Assembly: GCA_964366415.1 (NCBI GenBank)
Contig: CAYITG010000001.1
Coordinates: 583,663 to 647,662 of the forward strand
Source of the DNA: Candidatus Woesearchaeota archaeon
GTDB taxonomy: Archaea > Nanobdellota > Nanobdellia > SCGC-AAA011-G17 > UBA489
Direction: 5' to 3'
Length of the DNA stretch: 64,000 nt
Part shown: positions 46,969 to 58,220 of the stretch, in pieces
How positions within the stretch are numbered: the first letter of the stretch is position 1
How the letters are laid out: every line of letters starts with the position of its first letter
Notes under the pieces: generated by a model
Told to the model about the DNA's origin: nothing
What the model saw: the letters and a program-made list of their open reading frames with translations, nothing else
The model's database searches: none
Program-made: the position numbers and the translations under genes

Positions 46969-48357
46969 TTATTTTATCTTCTTTATTTTGTACCCTGCAT
47001 CGTTGTCTTCTATTACATATCCTTTTTTACTTAATTCCTTTCTTATCTCATCTGCTTTGGAGAAATTCTTTTGTTTCCTATATTTTTCCCTTTCTTCTGC
47101 AAGAGCGATGGTTTCTTTTGGAATCTTAGTCTTTTCTTCTTTGAGAAGATCAAGGCCAAATATCTTATCAAACTCTTCGATCAGTGCGAGAAGGTCTTTT
47201 GCACTTACTGTTCTGTCTTTTAATGCAAACCATAGTACTGCTAGGGCTTCAGGCATGTTGAGATCATCATTTATTGCGGCTATGAATTGTTCTTTGTACC
47301 TTTTACTTGTGGAAGCATTTGAAGGAGATATTATTTTTCTGATCTCTAGAACTTTTTCTTTAATGCGTTCGCGCGCGTTCTTTGCAGCATCCAAGCCTTC
47401 CCATGAAAACTTCAATGGTTTTTTGTAATGCGCGTTTAGACAGAAATATCGATAATCTAGAGGAGAGAAACCTTTTTCTTCGATTGTTGACAAGGTAATC
47501 ATATTTCCTTTTGATTTAGACATCTTTTCTTCTAACACCAGGAATTCACCATGCATCCAGAAATTGACGAACTTTTTTCCTGTGGCTGCTTCTGATTGGG
47601 CAATTTCATTCGTATGATGGGTTGGAATATGATCTATTCCGCCGCAATGAATATCTATCGTTTCTCCTAAATATTTTATACTCATTGCAGAACATTCAAT
47701 ATGCCAGCCAGGATATCCTTTTCCCCAAGGAGAATCCCATTTCATCTCTTGTTCTAAGAATTTTGATTTTGTGAACCATAACACGAAATCATGCTGATTT
47801 TTTTTATGTGGGTCTTTTTCAACGCGCGCTTTCTTTTCTTTTGTGAGATCGAGGAGCGCTAGTTTTCCATATTCTTTTACTTTTGCTGTATCAAAATACA
47901 CATTGCCACCTGCAGCGTATGCATACCCTCTTTTCTCTAATTTTTGGATAAACTCTATCTGTTCTTTGATGTGATCTGTAGCCTTGCACCATATATCTGG
48001 AAAAAGGATGTTTAATTTTTTGAGATCATTCTGGAACTCTTTCGTGTAGAAATCGGCTATTTCCCAAACCGTCTTGTGTTCTCTCTTTGCTCCTAAGAGC
48101 ATCTTGTCTTCACCTGTGTCTGCATCTGATGTTAAGTGACCGACGTCTGTGATATTCATTACTTGTTTGACTTTGTATTTGTTATAGAGAAGCGTTCTCT
48201 TTAATAGATCTTCAAAAATGTACGTTCTTAGGTTACCAATGTGGGCATAGTGATATACTGTTGGACCGCACGTATAAAGAGAAACTTGATTTGGTTTACT
48301 TGATTTGAATATTTCTTTTTTTCTTGATAACGTGTTAAATAACTTGAGTTGCATCAT
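46969..48357 (-). CDS. cysS: cysteine--tRNA ligase
   Basis: [25 protein letters not shown]. Confidence 0.97.
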   Translation of the reverse strand: MMQLKLFNTLSRKKEIFKSSKPNQVSLYTCGPTVYHYAHIGNLRTYIFEDLLKRTLLYNKYKVKQVMNITDVGHLTSDADTGEDKMLLGAKREHKTVWEIADFYTKEFQNDLKKLNILFPDIWCKATDHIKEQIEFIQKLEKRGYAYAAGGNVYFDTAKVKEYGKLALLDLTKEKKARVEKDPHKKNQHDFVLWFTKSKFLEQEMKWDSPWGKGYPGWHIECSAMSIKYLGETIDIHCGGIDHIPTHHTNEIAQSEAATGKKFVNFWMHGEFLVLEEKMSKSKGNMITLSTIEEKGFSPLDYRYFCLNAHYKKPLKFSWEGLDAAKNARERIKEKVLEIRKIISPSNASTSKRYKEQFIAAINDDLNMPEALAVLWFALKDRTVSAKDLLALIEEFDKIFGLDLLKEEKTKIPKETIALAEEREKYRKQKNFSKADEIRKELSKKGYVIEDNDAGYKIKKIK

Positions 48358-48396
48358 TTACACTTTACTCTTTATCTTTATAAATATTTAGAACTC

Positions 48397-48957
48397 TTAT
48401 TTCAATACGACTTCAAAAATTACTGGAGCCGTTTCTGATTGCACTGGCGCACAATCTGCACATATTAACTCAATGCGCATCTTGTATGTTCCTAGAGGGA
48501 GCGTATCGGTGTTGATGACAATGAAATCTCTAAAACCATCTCCTGATCCTATAGACATTTCTGTTTTTGTTGATAAGATCTCTAGCTCAGTAGCAGCAGG
48601 TGTTGTTCCTGGAGGAGTATTTTCGACCATGACATTATACTTAAAGCGATGTGTTTCCGGATGTTTATTTCTTACTACAAGTCGAAGATTGTAACTCTCT
48701 CCTTTTTTAATACCGTCAATGACGCTCGTAGGGATATTAATGGCTTCATCACTTCCGCCAAGAATCTCAGTAATTTGATCTTTTGTTAATCTTTCTAATT
48801 CGGATTGTTGTTCTTCTAGTCCACCAAAGATCCCATAAATCCATCGTAAGCCAAGAGTAAGAATGGTGACACCGATCACGACGATGATAATTGTTGTCAT
48901 CGACAATTCAATGGCACCTTTTTTTGTCACCCTCTTTTCTCTGCTATGTCTTTTCAT
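48397..48957 (-). CDS. pilin-like protein (class III signal peptide)
   Basis: KKG/AIELSMTTIIIVVIG. Confidence 0.8.
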   Translation of the reverse strand: MKRHSREKRVTKKGAIELSMTTIIIVVIGVTILTLGLRWIYGIFGGLEEQQSELERLTKDQITEILGGSDEAINIPTSVIDGIKKGESYNLRLVVRNKHPETHRFKYNVMVENTPPGTTPAATELEILSTKTEMSIGSGDGFRDFIVINTDTLPLGTYKMRIELICADCAPVQSETAPVIFEVVLK

Positions 48958-49002
48958 TAGTCATTTGAACAATCTTTTTATTAATAAAGGTTTCTGAGAA
49001 AG

Positions 49003-49076
49003 TGGGGCGAGGGTGATTTGAACACCCGACACCACGGTCTTCAGCCGTGTGCTCTCCCAGGCTGAGCTACCGCCCC
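49003..49076 (-). tRNA. tRNA-Phe(GAA)
   Basis: GGGGCGG acceptor stem, anticodon arm CACGG-CTGAAGA-CCGTG, GTTCAAATC. Confidence 0.95.
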
Positions 49077-49159
49077 GTTCCAGAGTTGCGATTCAAAAGA
49101 GTTTATTTAAAGGTTTTGATAACAAAATGTTTTTAAGATGCTTCCTTCTGCTTATCTTG

Positions 49160-51538
49160 ATGGATTCCGTTTATAACTTTAAAGATACTGAAAAGAGATT
49201 GCAGCAACGCTGGGGGAAGGATAAACTATACTCTTATACAAAAGGTAAGAAACCCGTTTTTGCTATTGATACTCCACCACCGTATGTTTCTGCAGATCAT
49301 CTTCACGTAGGGCATGCTCTTTCTTATTCGCAGGCAGATTTTATCGCACGTTATCAACGCATGCGGGGAAAGAATGTTTTTTATCCTATGGGTTTTGATG
49401 ACAATGGATTACCTACTGAACGCTTTGTAGAAAAAAAATATAATGTGAATAAAAGCAAAATAACCCGTAAAGAGTTTATTGCACTTTGTCTCAAAGAAAC
49501 AGCAATTGGTGCACAAACGTATCGACGATTGTGGGATGCCTTAGGCATTAGCGTTGATTGGGATCTTACGTATTCTACCATTGATGAACGATGTCAGAAA
49601 ATTGCCCAAAAATCTTTTTTAGACCTTTATGCTAAGAAACGTGTTCAACGTCGTGAAGAACCGATCATGTGGTGCGGTCATTGTCATACTGCTTTAGCGC
49701 AAGCAGACTTAGATGATCTTCAAAAAAATTCTTTCTTGCATGACATTCAATTTATGACAGATGATAAACCTTTAACCATTGCAACAACTCGTCCAGAATT
49801 ACTTCCTGCTTGTGTTGCACTTTTTGTCAATAAACATGACAAGCGTTACAAATCTCTTATTGGAAAGAAGGCCCATGTTCCTTTGTTCAATTATACTATT
49901 CCTATTTTAGCAGATGAGCAAGTTGCTGTTGATTTTGGTACTGGCGTGATGATGGTATGCACGTTTGGCGATGTTGAAGATATTGAACGATGGAAAATGC
50001 ATAAACTTCACACCCGCATTATTCTTGATAAAGATGGTCGCTTGAACGCACTTGCAGGATCTTATCAAGGATTACGCCTTGAAGAGGCAAGGAAAAAGAT
50101 CGTAGAAGACCTTCAACAATCCACATTACTTATATCACAAAAATCTATTACGCATGTTACTAATGTTCATGAACGCTGCTCAACACCTATCGAATTTTTA
50201 ATTGCACCACAATGGTATATTCGTTTGCTCGACATCAAAGATGAGCTGCTTGCTATTGCTAAAAAAGTTCATTGGTATCCGGAGCATATGAAAGTTCGTT
50301 ATGATCACTGGGTTGAAAATTTGAAATGGGATTGGTGCATTTCACGTGAACGTTTCTATGGAGTGCCTTTTCCAGTATGGTATTGTAAAAAATGCCATGA
50401 CATTATTCTTGCAGAAGAAAAAACATTGCCTGTTGATCCGACTGGACAACAGCCGCCGATCACACAATGCCCTTCTTGCAAACACAAAGAATTCATTCCT
50501 GAAATGGATGTCATGGATACGTGGATGACTTCTTCTGTTACTCCTCTTATTAATTCTAATTGGAAAGAAAAACAGGAGAATAAAGATGTCTATCCCATGC
50601 AATTACGACCGCAAGCCCATGATATCATCCGCACTTGGGCTTTTTACACGATCGCAAAATCTTGGTTGCATACAAAATCCATTCCTTGGCATGGCATCAT
50701 GATTTCTGGGCATGGTTTAGATTCTAAAGGGCAAAAAATAAGTAAAAGCAAAGGCAACATGATTATTGCTGAAGATGTGGTTAAAGAATACTCTGCAGAT
50801 GCTCTTCGTTATTTTGCTACATCAACGAAATTAGGAGAAGATGTTCGTTATCAAGATAAAGATTTGAAAAATGGACAGAAACTTTTGACTAAATTATGGA
50901 ATTCAGCGAAATTCACTTTTGATATGCTGAAAGATTATGATGGAAAGAAACCAAAGAAGCTTGCTTCTATTGATTGTTGGATGTTAAGTAAACTGCAACA
51001 TACGATTCAGGAATGTACAGAGCATTTGGATACCTACGAATTTTCAAAAGCGCGTGCTGCTTTAGAAGGCTTCTTTTGGCACACCTTTTGTGATAATTAT
51101 ATAGAGATTATCAAGAATCGCTTTTATGATGACACTCGGAAAGAGACTAAACATTCTGCACAATATGTCTTATCAACTGTTCTTTTAGACATTTTGAAGA
51201 TGTTTGCACCTCTCTTGCCTTTTATTACAGAAGAGCTTTACCAGATTGGTTTTGCCAACAGTAAAAAAAACCAAAGTATCCATGTTACTGATTGGCCTGT
51301 TCTTGACAAAAATCTTCTTGATGCAACTATTGAATCTCAAGGAGATGTTTTTGTAGATACGCTTAGCATGATTCGCAAGTTCAAGTCCGATCATGGGAAA
51401 TCCTTAAAAGCAGATGTTGACGTTACTCTTTCTCAGAAGGAATTTGATCTTCTTAACGACATGGAAGATGATTTCAAAGCAGCAGCAAAGATCCGTCATT
51501 TGACTAAAGGATCTTTTGCTGTGGAGTTCGTATCATAA
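49160..51538 (+). CDS. valS: valine--tRNA ligase
   Basis: IDTPPP, HVGH, ATTRPE, DWCISRER, DTW, KISKS. Confidence 0.95.
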   Translation: MDSVYNFKDTEKRLQQRWGKDKLYSYTKGKKPVFAIDTPPPYVSADHLHVGHALSYSQADFIARYQRMRGKNVFYPMGFDDNGLPTERFVEKKYNVNKSKITRKEFIALCLKETAIGAQTYRRLWDALGISVDWDLTYSTIDERCQKIAQKSFLDLYAKKRVQRREEPIMWCGHCHTALAQADLDDLQKNSFLHDIQFMTDDKPLTIATTRPELLPACVALFVNKHDKRYKSLIGKKAHVPLFNYTIPILADEQVAVDFGTGVMMVCTFGDVEDIERWKMHKLHTRIILDKDGRLNALAGSYQGLRLEEARKKIVEDLQQSTLLISQKSITHVTNVHERCSTPIEFLIAPQWYIRLLDIKDELLAIAKKVHWYPEHMKVRYDHWVENLKWDWCISRERFYGVPFPVWYCKKCHDIILAEEKTLPVDPTGQQPPITQCPSCKHKEFIPEMDVMDTWMTSSVTPLINSNWKEKQENKDVYPMQLRPQAHDIIRTWAFYTIAKSWLHTKSIPWHGIMISGHGLDSKGQKISKSKGNMIIAEDVVKEYSADALRYFATSTKLGEDVRYQDKDLKNGQKLLTKLWNSAKFTFDMLKDYDGKKPKKLASIDCWMLSKLQHTIQECTEHLDTYEFSKARAALEGFFWHTFCDNYIEIIKNRFYDDTRKETKHSAQYVLSTVLLDILKMFAPLLPFITEELYQIGFANSKKNQSIHVTDWPVLDKNLLDATIESQGDVFVDTLSMIRKFKSDHGKSLKADVDVTLSQKEFDLLNDMEDDFKAAAKIRHLTKGSFAVEFVS

Positions 51539-52629
51539 TGCCAGCAACACGAAGAGAATTGAAGAAATTTATTAGAGAACTTGGAAGTATTCGGGGGAGA
51601 CACACGGAACTTGTGAGTGTTTATGTACCTGCAGGCTATGAACTTATCAAAATTATTCAACATCTTCAAGAAGAACAAGGCACTGCAAAGAATATTAAAG
51701 ATGCCAAGACGCGAGGCAATGTTATTGACAGCTTAGAACGATGTGTTCGACATCTCCGTCTCTTCAAAAAAACACCTGACAATGGCATGGTTATTTTTGC
51801 TGGCAATGTCAGCGCACAAGAAGGCAAGGTTGACATTAAAGTATGGAGCATTGAACCGCCGGAACCTTTGAAGACACGCATGTATCGCTGTGATCAGACG
51901 TTTGTTCTCGATTTATTACGTGATATGATGGAATCTAAGGAAATATATGGGCTTATTGTGATGGACAGAAGAGAAGCAACTATTGGATTTTTGAGAGGAA
52001 CGCTTATTCAGAAAACACATAGCATGACGTCTGGAGTCCCTGGAAAAATTAAAGCAGGGGGACAATCTGCTATGCGTTATGAAAGAATTCGTGAAGGCAT
52101 GGCCATCGAATTTTACAAAAGAATTGCTGAAGCATGCGCAAAAGAATTCTTAGAAAAAATAGAGAATAAAGAAGTTAAAGGTATCTTGCTTGGCGGACCA
52201 GGACCAACAAAAGAAGAATTTAAAGATTATCTCAATAATGAAATTAAAAAAAGGATTGTTGCTATTCAAGATCTTACCTATACTGATGAGAGTGGATTAG
52301 AGCATCTTGTTGAGCGAAGCAAAGAAGTTCTTGTCAAAGAAATTATTGCAGAAGAGAAAAAACTCATGGAACGGTTCTTTGAAGGGCTTGCGAAAGATGC
52401 TAATGTTACATATGGTGAAGTTAAAGTCATGAAAGCGCTCGGTTATGGGGTTGTTGAAATATTGCTTATTAGTGAAGAGATTGATGATGATAGAATTGAG
52501 ACTGTTGAACGCGAAGCAGAGCAGTATGGAACTGTTGTTAAGATTATCAGCACGGAAACGACTGAGGGAAAACAACTGAGAGACTTAGGCGGATTTGGGG
52601 CCATATTGCGATATAAGCTGGAATTATAA
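51538..52629 (+). CDS. prf1: peptide chain release factor aRF1
   Basis: TELVSVY, NIKD, YRCD, GGQSA, GAILRY. Confidence 0.96.
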   Translation: MPATRRELKKFIRELGSIRGRHTELVSVYVPAGYELIKIIQHLQEEQGTAKNIKDAKTRGNVIDSLERCVRHLRLFKKTPDNGMVIFAGNVSAQEGKVDIKVWSIEPPEPLKTRMYRCDQTFVLDLLRDMMESKEIYGLIVMDRREATIGFLRGTLIQKTHSMTSGVPGKIKAGGQSAMRYERIREGMAIEFYKRIAEACAKEFLEKIENKEVKGILLGGPGPTKEEFKDYLNNEIKKRIVAIQDLTYTDESGLEHLVERSKEVLVKEIIAEEKKLMERFFEGLAKDANVTYGEVKVMKALGYGVVEILLISEEIDDDRIETVEREAEQYGTVVKIISTETTEGKQLRDLGGFGAILRYKLEL

Positions 52630-52670
52630 GGTACGTAAACCTTTAAAAGTATTTGAAATCTCTTTTCTTT

Positions 52671-53363
52671 ATGGATGAACATTCCGATAACCGCAGGAAA
52701 ATAGAAGCAGTTCTCTTTACTACTGGGAGATTTATGGATATGGAAGAAATTGCCAAAGCCTGTGAAATTGGCAGCGTTGGCTATATTAAAGAGCAGCTTA
52801 TGGAACTTATGAAAGAATATGAGCAACGCCCCAGTTCCTTGCATATTACAGAACAAGACGGAAGATATAAACTTAATATCAAAAAAGAATATGGCATGCT
52901 CGCTAATAAGCTTGTCAGCACGAGTGAATTCGATAATCCTACCACCAAAACTTTGGCACTGATTGCATACAAACATCCGGCTGTCCAAAGCGATGTTATC
53001 AAGGCACGAGGCAACAAAGCGTATGATCATATCAAAATACTTGGAGAAAACGGATTGGTGACGAGCGAGAAAAGCGGACGAACACGCCTTTTGAAGTTAA
53101 CACAAAAATTTTATGATTATTTTGATACTGCTGACCAGACTGTTAAGGATGTGTTCAAGAACGTTGAAGACAGTGTCAAACAACAGGTCGCTTCTAAAGC
53201 TGGCATGACTCCTGCAGAAGTCGAAGAAAAAGAAAAATTAATCGATGCGGCTGAACAAAAAGAACGTGAGATGCAACAAAAGACGCATGAACATAACCAA
53301 CAAACGCAGAATGAACCATCGGATACAGAATCTTCAGAGAAAGATGAGAAGGCTTCACTATGA
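52671..53363 (+). CDS. scpB: SMC-Scp complex subunit ScpB
   Basis: IEAVLF, TLALIAYKHP, RGNKAYDHI, TQKFYDYF. Confidence 0.9.
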   Translation: MDEHSDNRRKIEAVLFTTGRFMDMEEIAKACEIGSVGYIKEQLMELMKEYEQRPSSLHITEQDGRYKLNIKKEYGMLANKLVSTSEFDNPTTKTLALIAYKHPAVQSDVIKARGNKAYDHIKILGENGLVTSEKSGRTRLLKLTQKFYDYFDTADQTVKDVFKNVEDSVKQQVASKAGMTPAEVEEKEKLIDAAEQKEREMQQKTHEHNQQTQNEPSDTESSEKDEKASL

Positions 53364-54631
53364 TTATTGAAATTGCTACATGGCTGATGTATTTTGTTTC
53401 TGTTTACTTTGCAGTTTTTCTCCTTCTCGTTGTTTTGGATAAAGGAATTTCCGGATATGACTATGCTGTGAACAACAAAAAGGCTTATCGATGGAAACCC
53501 TGCATTACCGTCGGCATTCCAGCGATCAATGAAGAACAAACTATACGTGCAACCATGGAGTCTGTCTTGAACTTGCATTATCCACGAAACAAGATGCAGA
53601 TTATTGTTGTTGACGATGGAAGCAACGATAAAACACCACAGATTGTTCGACAAGTAGCACGTGAACATCCTTCTGTTGATATAAAATTCATTCAACATTC
53701 TGTTAACAAAGGAAAAGGCGCAGCCTTGAATACAGCGTTACATGCTGCTTCTGGTGAAATTTTTATTTGTTTAGATGCTGACAGCTTCGTACAACCCAAT
53801 GCCTTAACCACTATCTTGCCTTACTTTTATGGACGTGCTACTGTTGCTAGCGTTTTACCTTTCATGAAGATTACACGTACCGATAATTTCATGCTCAAGA
53901 TTCAATGGGTGGAATACTTGATGAATTTTTTCTTGAAACGCATCATGGGGGCTCTTGACTGTATTCATGTCACTCCAGGCCCTTTTGCATCTTATCGCAA
54001 AGAAGTTTTGTTGAAGGTTGGTGGTTTTGATGAGCATAATCTTACAGAAGATCTTGAGATGGCTATTCGACTTCAGAAATATCAATATAAAATCATTCAA
54101 CTGCTTGATGCAGAAGTGTATACTGTTCCTCCTGATACTCTTTTTCGTTTTTACAAACAACGCAATCGCTGGTACAAAGGAACCTTGCAAAACTTATACA
54201 AACATCGCGATCTTATGTTCAACAGACATTATGGAGAATTCGGACTTTTTCATTTACCGATGGTCTTAACTTCTGCCATCTTATCTTTAGGCTTTGCTTT
54301 TTTAATTCTTTATCAACGCTTTTTGCAACCGGCATTTACGCGTTTGTATGACCTTAGCTTCATAGACTTCAACATGCCTTTGATGCTGCGTGTAGGAGCA
54401 CAACGTTTTAATATCCTTGATTTTAATTACACTCTTTTGTACTTGACTGTTATTATCTTTGCTTTCGCACTCATGTGGATTATTGGATCCCATCGCTATA
54501 GTAAAGAGAGTTATCTTCACAAAGGACTTGTTCCCTCTTTCTTTTTTTTAGCAGTTTATCCTCTTATCCTTTCCATCATTTGGATGGGTGTCTTTTTTGA
54601 TCTTATACGGAACAAACGACAAAAGTGGTAA
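53360..54631 (+). CDS. processive GT2 glycosyltransferase (PgaC/hyaluronan synthase-like)
   Basis: DDGS, DAD, TED and QRNRW motifs with flanking TMs. Confidence 0.88.
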   Translation: MIIEIATWLMYFVSVYFAVFLLLVVLDKGISGYDYAVNNKKAYRWKPCITVGIPAINEEQTIRATMESVLNLHYPRNKMQIIVVDDGSNDKTPQIVRQVAREHPSVDIKFIQHSVNKGKGAALNTALHAASGEIFICLDADSFVQPNALTTILPYFYGRATVASVLPFMKITRTDNFMLKIQWVEYLMNFFLKRIMGALDCIHVTPGPFASYRKEVLLKVGGFDEHNLTEDLEMAIRLQKYQYKIIQLLDAEVYTVPPDTLFRFYKQRNRWYKGTLQNLYKHRDLMFNRHYGEFGLFHLPMVLTSAILSLGFAFLILYQRFLQPAFTRLYDLSFIDFNMPLMLRVGAQRFNILDFNYTLLYLTVIIFAFALMWIIGSHRYSKESYLHKGLVPSFFFLAVYPLILSIIWMGVFFDLIRNKRQKW

Positions 54632-54633
54632 CT

Positions 54634-55323
54634 ATGGCTGTTGACAGAAAATTTTATTTTGGGAAACACATTCTCGCATTAGTTATTACCAGCCTCATTT
54701 TTATTATTGGACTTTTTATTGGATTAAAAATTAGTGATTCCCGTTTGGGGTTACTTCAAGATTTTAATGAACAACAAAAAGCAGATTTTGAGAGTTTGCA
54801 ATTACAATATGCTTACTTAACAACTTCTAATAGTAGCTGTCTCGCCTTTAAGCAGGCTTTAGAACAAAGTGTAAGCAATCTTGAAAATGCGCGTGTCAAA
54901 CTTGAAAATTATATCCAAACCTCTTCCAATTCTGAGAGTTTTCTTACACAAAAACGCACCTATATGCTTGCCGAAATCCGTTATTGGTTACTCGCACGAG
55001 AAGCTGAAAAAGCATGCGGCAAAGATACTGTGAACATCCTCTTTTTTTACCAAGATGATGAAACTTGCGATACCTGTTCTACCCAAGGGTATGTGCTAAC
55101 CAGTCTTAAAGATACTTTCCATAATAACCTTCTCATTTTCTCTCTGGATGCGACAAGCGATGAACCTATGGTTACCATCATCAAGAATGTCTATAATATT
55201 ACGAGCACTCCGAGCGTTGTTGTTGATGAAGAAGTTCTAAAGGACTTTATTTTGGAAGATGATCTTTATTCTACTATTTGCTCTCGTTTTAGCCAACGCC
55301 ATCCTGCCTGTGTTGCACAGTAA
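54634..55323 (+). CDS. membrane-anchored protein with C-terminal thioredoxin-like domain
   Basis: N-terminal TM; LFFY...CDTC, YNITSTPSVVV. Confidence 0.7.
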   Translation: MAVDRKFYFGKHILALVITSLIFIIGLFIGLKISDSRLGLLQDFNEQQKADFESLQLQYAYLTTSNSSCLAFKQALEQSVSNLENARVKLENYIQTSSNSESFLTQKRTYMLAEIRYWLLAREAEKACGKDTVNILFFYQDDETCDTCSTQGYVLTSLKDTFHNNLLIFSLDATSDEPMVTIIKNVYNITSTPSVVVDEEVLKDFILEDDLYSTICSRFSQRHPACVAQ

Positions 55324-55368
55324 TATTTTTATAACACCCTATCCTTTCTTCTAAGCGGGTGATTTTCT

Positions 55369-55827
55369 ATGAGTACCTGTGATATGTGTGGAAATGAGCA
55401 AGAACTTGTTGATGCCATTGTAGAAGGTTCTATGTTGCAAGTATGTAGAAAATGTGTGCGCCATGGAAAAGTTGTTACTGTGGAACGACCTGTTCTTCAA
55501 CAACCTCGACCAAAAAAACTCGCTCTTGAAGAAATCAGTAGATATGTTATGGATACATATGCTACTCTTGTGAAACAAGGACGAGAAAAAAAGAATTGGA
55601 AACAAGAGGATCTTGCCCACCATATTAAAGAGAGAGAAAGTATCATTCATAAAATTGAGAGCGGGCATTTGAAACCTTCTTTTGAACTTGCTGAGAAATT
55701 AGAACGTGCCTTAAGTATCGTTTTGATTCTTACGTATGAAGAACCCAAAGAAAAAAAGATTAATCTCAAAGACGATGCTTTAACTATTGGTGATTTGATT
55801 AAATTTAAAGATCAGGGGAATGAGTGA
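55369..55827 (+). CDS. mbf1: archaeal multiprotein bridging factor 1 (Zn ribbon plus HTH)
   Basis: CDMCG, VCRKC, QEDLA...IHKIESG..KP, LTIGD. Confidence 0.92.
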   Translation: MSTCDMCGNEQELVDAIVEGSMLQVCRKCVRHGKVVTVERPVLQQPRPKKLALEEISRYVMDTYATLVKQGREKKNWKQEDLAHHIKERESIIHKIESGHLKPSFELAEKLERALSIVLILTYEEPKEKKINLKDDALTIGDLIKFKDQGNE

Positions 55828-56441
55828 TGGTTCTTACCAAGAAAGAACTTGCTGTTCTTTTGAGTTCTTTGAAACCTTTTCCTGATGTGAAAGTTGAACT
55901 AGAACAATATCAAACTCCAGGAGAAATTGCTGCGGATGTCTTATGGACTGCGCACATGCAAGGAGATCTTCAAGGAAAAATTGTTGCTGATCTTGGATGC
56001 GGGACTGGTATTTTGGGATGTGGTGCATTGGCTTTAGGAGCGAAACATGTTCTCTTCGTTGATGTTGATCGCAAAGCGTTGTTGATTGCCAAAGAAAACG
56101 TTGCGCAACTTGAACAACTCCTGAAAAAAACTTTTTCCGCGCTTTTCATGCTACAAAATGTTGCCCAATTTCATCGGTCCATTGACACTGTTTTACAAAA
56201 TCCCCCCTTCGGCGTTCAGGAGGAACACGCAGACCGCGCTTTCTTGCAGGCTGCCATGGCATCAAAAGTGGTTTACAGCTTTCATAAACTAGAAACGCGT
56301 CATTTTATTGAGAATTTTGTTCGTAATAATCATAAAACAGCCACTTTTGTTAAATCATATACCTTCCCCTTAAAGAAAACTATGCTTTTTCATACCAAGC
56401 CTGTTTATCATATTGATGTGGGATTGTGGAGAATTCAATAA
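55824..56441 (+). CDS. METTL5-like N6-adenine RNA methyltransferase
   Basis: LEQYQTP, DLGCGTG, NPPFG, FHTK. Confidence 0.9.
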   Translation: MMVLTKKELAVLLSSLKPFPDVKVELEQYQTPGEIAADVLWTAHMQGDLQGKIVADLGCGTGILGCGALALGAKHVLFVDVDRKALLIAKENVAQLEQLLKKTFSALFMLQNVAQFHRSIDTVLQNPPFGVQEEHADRAFLQAAMASKVVYSFHKLETRHFIENFVRNNHKTATFVKSYTFPLKKTMLFHTKPVYHIDVGLWRIQ

Positions 56442-56534
56442 TCTCTTTTTTTAAAACATTATCCACCCTTTTGAACATTATCAGTTATAACCTAAACCAT
56501 ATGATTTATATATCCTGCTAGGATTTCGTTTTTT

Positions 56535-57245
56535 ATGCGTGAAGAAAAAGTTACAGTTCTTATTCCGGCTTACAATGAGGAATCGATTATTCGCCGCCTG
56601 GTATCTGATACTCTTATTGTAGTCGGTGCATATACGAAACATTTTGAAGTTCTTGTTATCGATGATGGAAGCACTGATCGAACCTTCGATGAGTTAAAAA
56701 AAATAAAGAATAAAAATCTTAGAATCGTCCAAAATAGAAAAAACATCGGTAAAACAATGACCATTCTTCACGGATTTACTCTCGCTCAAGGTTCTATCGT
56801 TTCTTTTATTGATGCAGACTACCAGTATGATCCACGTGATTTACCTAAAGTTATAGAAAAAGTAAAAAATGGGGCAGACCTCTGCGTAGGATATCGAGAA
56901 CAACGGCAAGATCCTGTTTATAGAAAATTTATGAGTTTTTTTTTCAATATGTTTGATAGGCTGCTCTTAGGCATTAAAATTCGAGATGTCAATTCTGGGC
57001 TCAAAGCATTTCGAAAAGAGTCATTCAAGACAATCACGATTCGCTATTTATCGGCAAGATGGTTTATTGACACTGAAATTCTCAGCAGATATTATCATAA
57101 AAATTATAAAGTTGAAGAAGTCCCAATACGACACTACAGGCGTGGAGATGGCTTGTCAAAAGTGAACTGTATTAAATTAGCATTAGAAACTATTGCGTAT
57201 GGATTTAGGCTTAAGTATAATTTAATATTCGGCCCTGACTCGTGA
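56535..57245 (+). CDS. GT2 polyprenol-phosphate glycosyltransferase (DPM synthase-like)
   Basis: PAYNEE, DDGSTD, DADYQ, D..SG.K, DTE. Confidence 0.88.
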   Translation: MREEKVTVLIPAYNEESIIRRLVSDTLIVVGAYTKHFEVLVIDDGSTDRTFDELKKIKNKNLRIVQNRKNIGKTMTILHGFTLAQGSIVSFIDADYQYDPRDLPKVIEKVKNGADLCVGYREQRQDPVYRKFMSFFFNMFDRLLLGIKIRDVNSGLKAFRKESFKTITIRYLSARWFIDTEILSRYYHKNYKVEEVPIRHYRRGDGLSKVNCIKLALETIAYGFRLKYNLIFGPDS

Positions 57246-57287
57246 TGATAAGACTTAGACATATTCTACATTGGAGATGCGATTGAA

Positions 57288-58220
57288 ATGCCACGACGTA
57301 CTGTCCTTGTTACTGGTGCTACTGGTTTTATTGGATCCAGGCTCATAAAACTTTTGACACCTCAATATCATGTTCGCATTTTCTCGAGAAAACATATAAA
57401 CATTTCAGGTGCTGAAACTATTGTTGGCGATCTCACTCAACAAAAAGATGTTGAAAGAGCTGTCTTGGGTGTCGATTGCATTGTGCATCTTGCCGCTCTT
57501 ATCAAAGGAAATGAACTTCTTATTCGCACATTTAATATCACCTCAACTGAACTTCTTGTGGCAGCAGCAAAAAAACAGCATATCAAGCATTTTATCTTCA
57601 TGAGTTCAGAGAATGTGCTATGGCCTCACCAAGGCTCTTATGGACAGAGCAAAATTATTTGTGAACAGATTGTCCAAAAAATTCAACATCACCTCATTTT
57701 ACGATGCAGCGTCGTATATGGACAAGAGAATACTATTAACCTTGGGAAAGTCATTGATCTTGTTAAAAAAAGAAGATTCATTCTCATACCAGGCAATGGA
57801 AAATATTTCATGCAGCCTATTTATGTTGAAGATGTTGCCCATTTTATCAAAAAAGGCATTGACAGGAAGATAGAAGGAACTTATACACTTGCCGGCTTTT
57901 CCAAAATAAACCTAGATGACTTTATTGATCTCGTTGCCCATTTTTTAAGAAAAAAAATAATTAAGATTCATGTTCCTCTTTGGATCCTTTATCCTTTCGT
58001 TAAAATACATGAATTATTTCCCCATATTTCTATCACGTGGACGCACCTTAAAAATCTCAACACCACAAGAGTGTATAATATTCGTACAACTATGCGCGAT
58101 TTTAAGTATACTCCTCGGCCAATAGAAGAGTGCCTTGCTTCTTTTCTTTCAAAGAATCGCTTTTTTACCGATAAATATAAAAAGAACGAGCCAAGCATAT
58201 TAAAAAATGCAAAAAACTAA
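57288..58220 (+). CDS. NAD-dependent epimerase/dehydratase (extended SDR)
   Basis: TGATGFIG, HLAA, YGQSK. Confidence 0.88.
   Translation: MPRRTVLVTGATGFIGSRLIKLLTPQYHVRIFSRKHINISGAETIVGDLTQQKDVERAVLGVDCIVHLAALIKGNELLIRTFNITSTELLVAAAKKQHIKHFIFMSSENVLWPHQGSYGQSKIICEQIVQKIQHHLILRCSVVYGQENTINLGKVIDLVKKRRFILIPGNGKYFMQPIYVEDVAHFIKKGIDRKIEGTYTLAGFSKINLDDFIDLVAHFLRKKIIKIHVPLWILYPFVKIHELFPHISITWTHLKNLNTTRVYNIRTTMRDFKYTPRPIEECLASFLSKNRFFTDKYKKNEPSILKNAKN

Noticed and set aside
49049-49159. N-terminal extension of valS
   Set aside because: Overlaps tRNA-Phe and promoter sequence; ATG 49160 fits better
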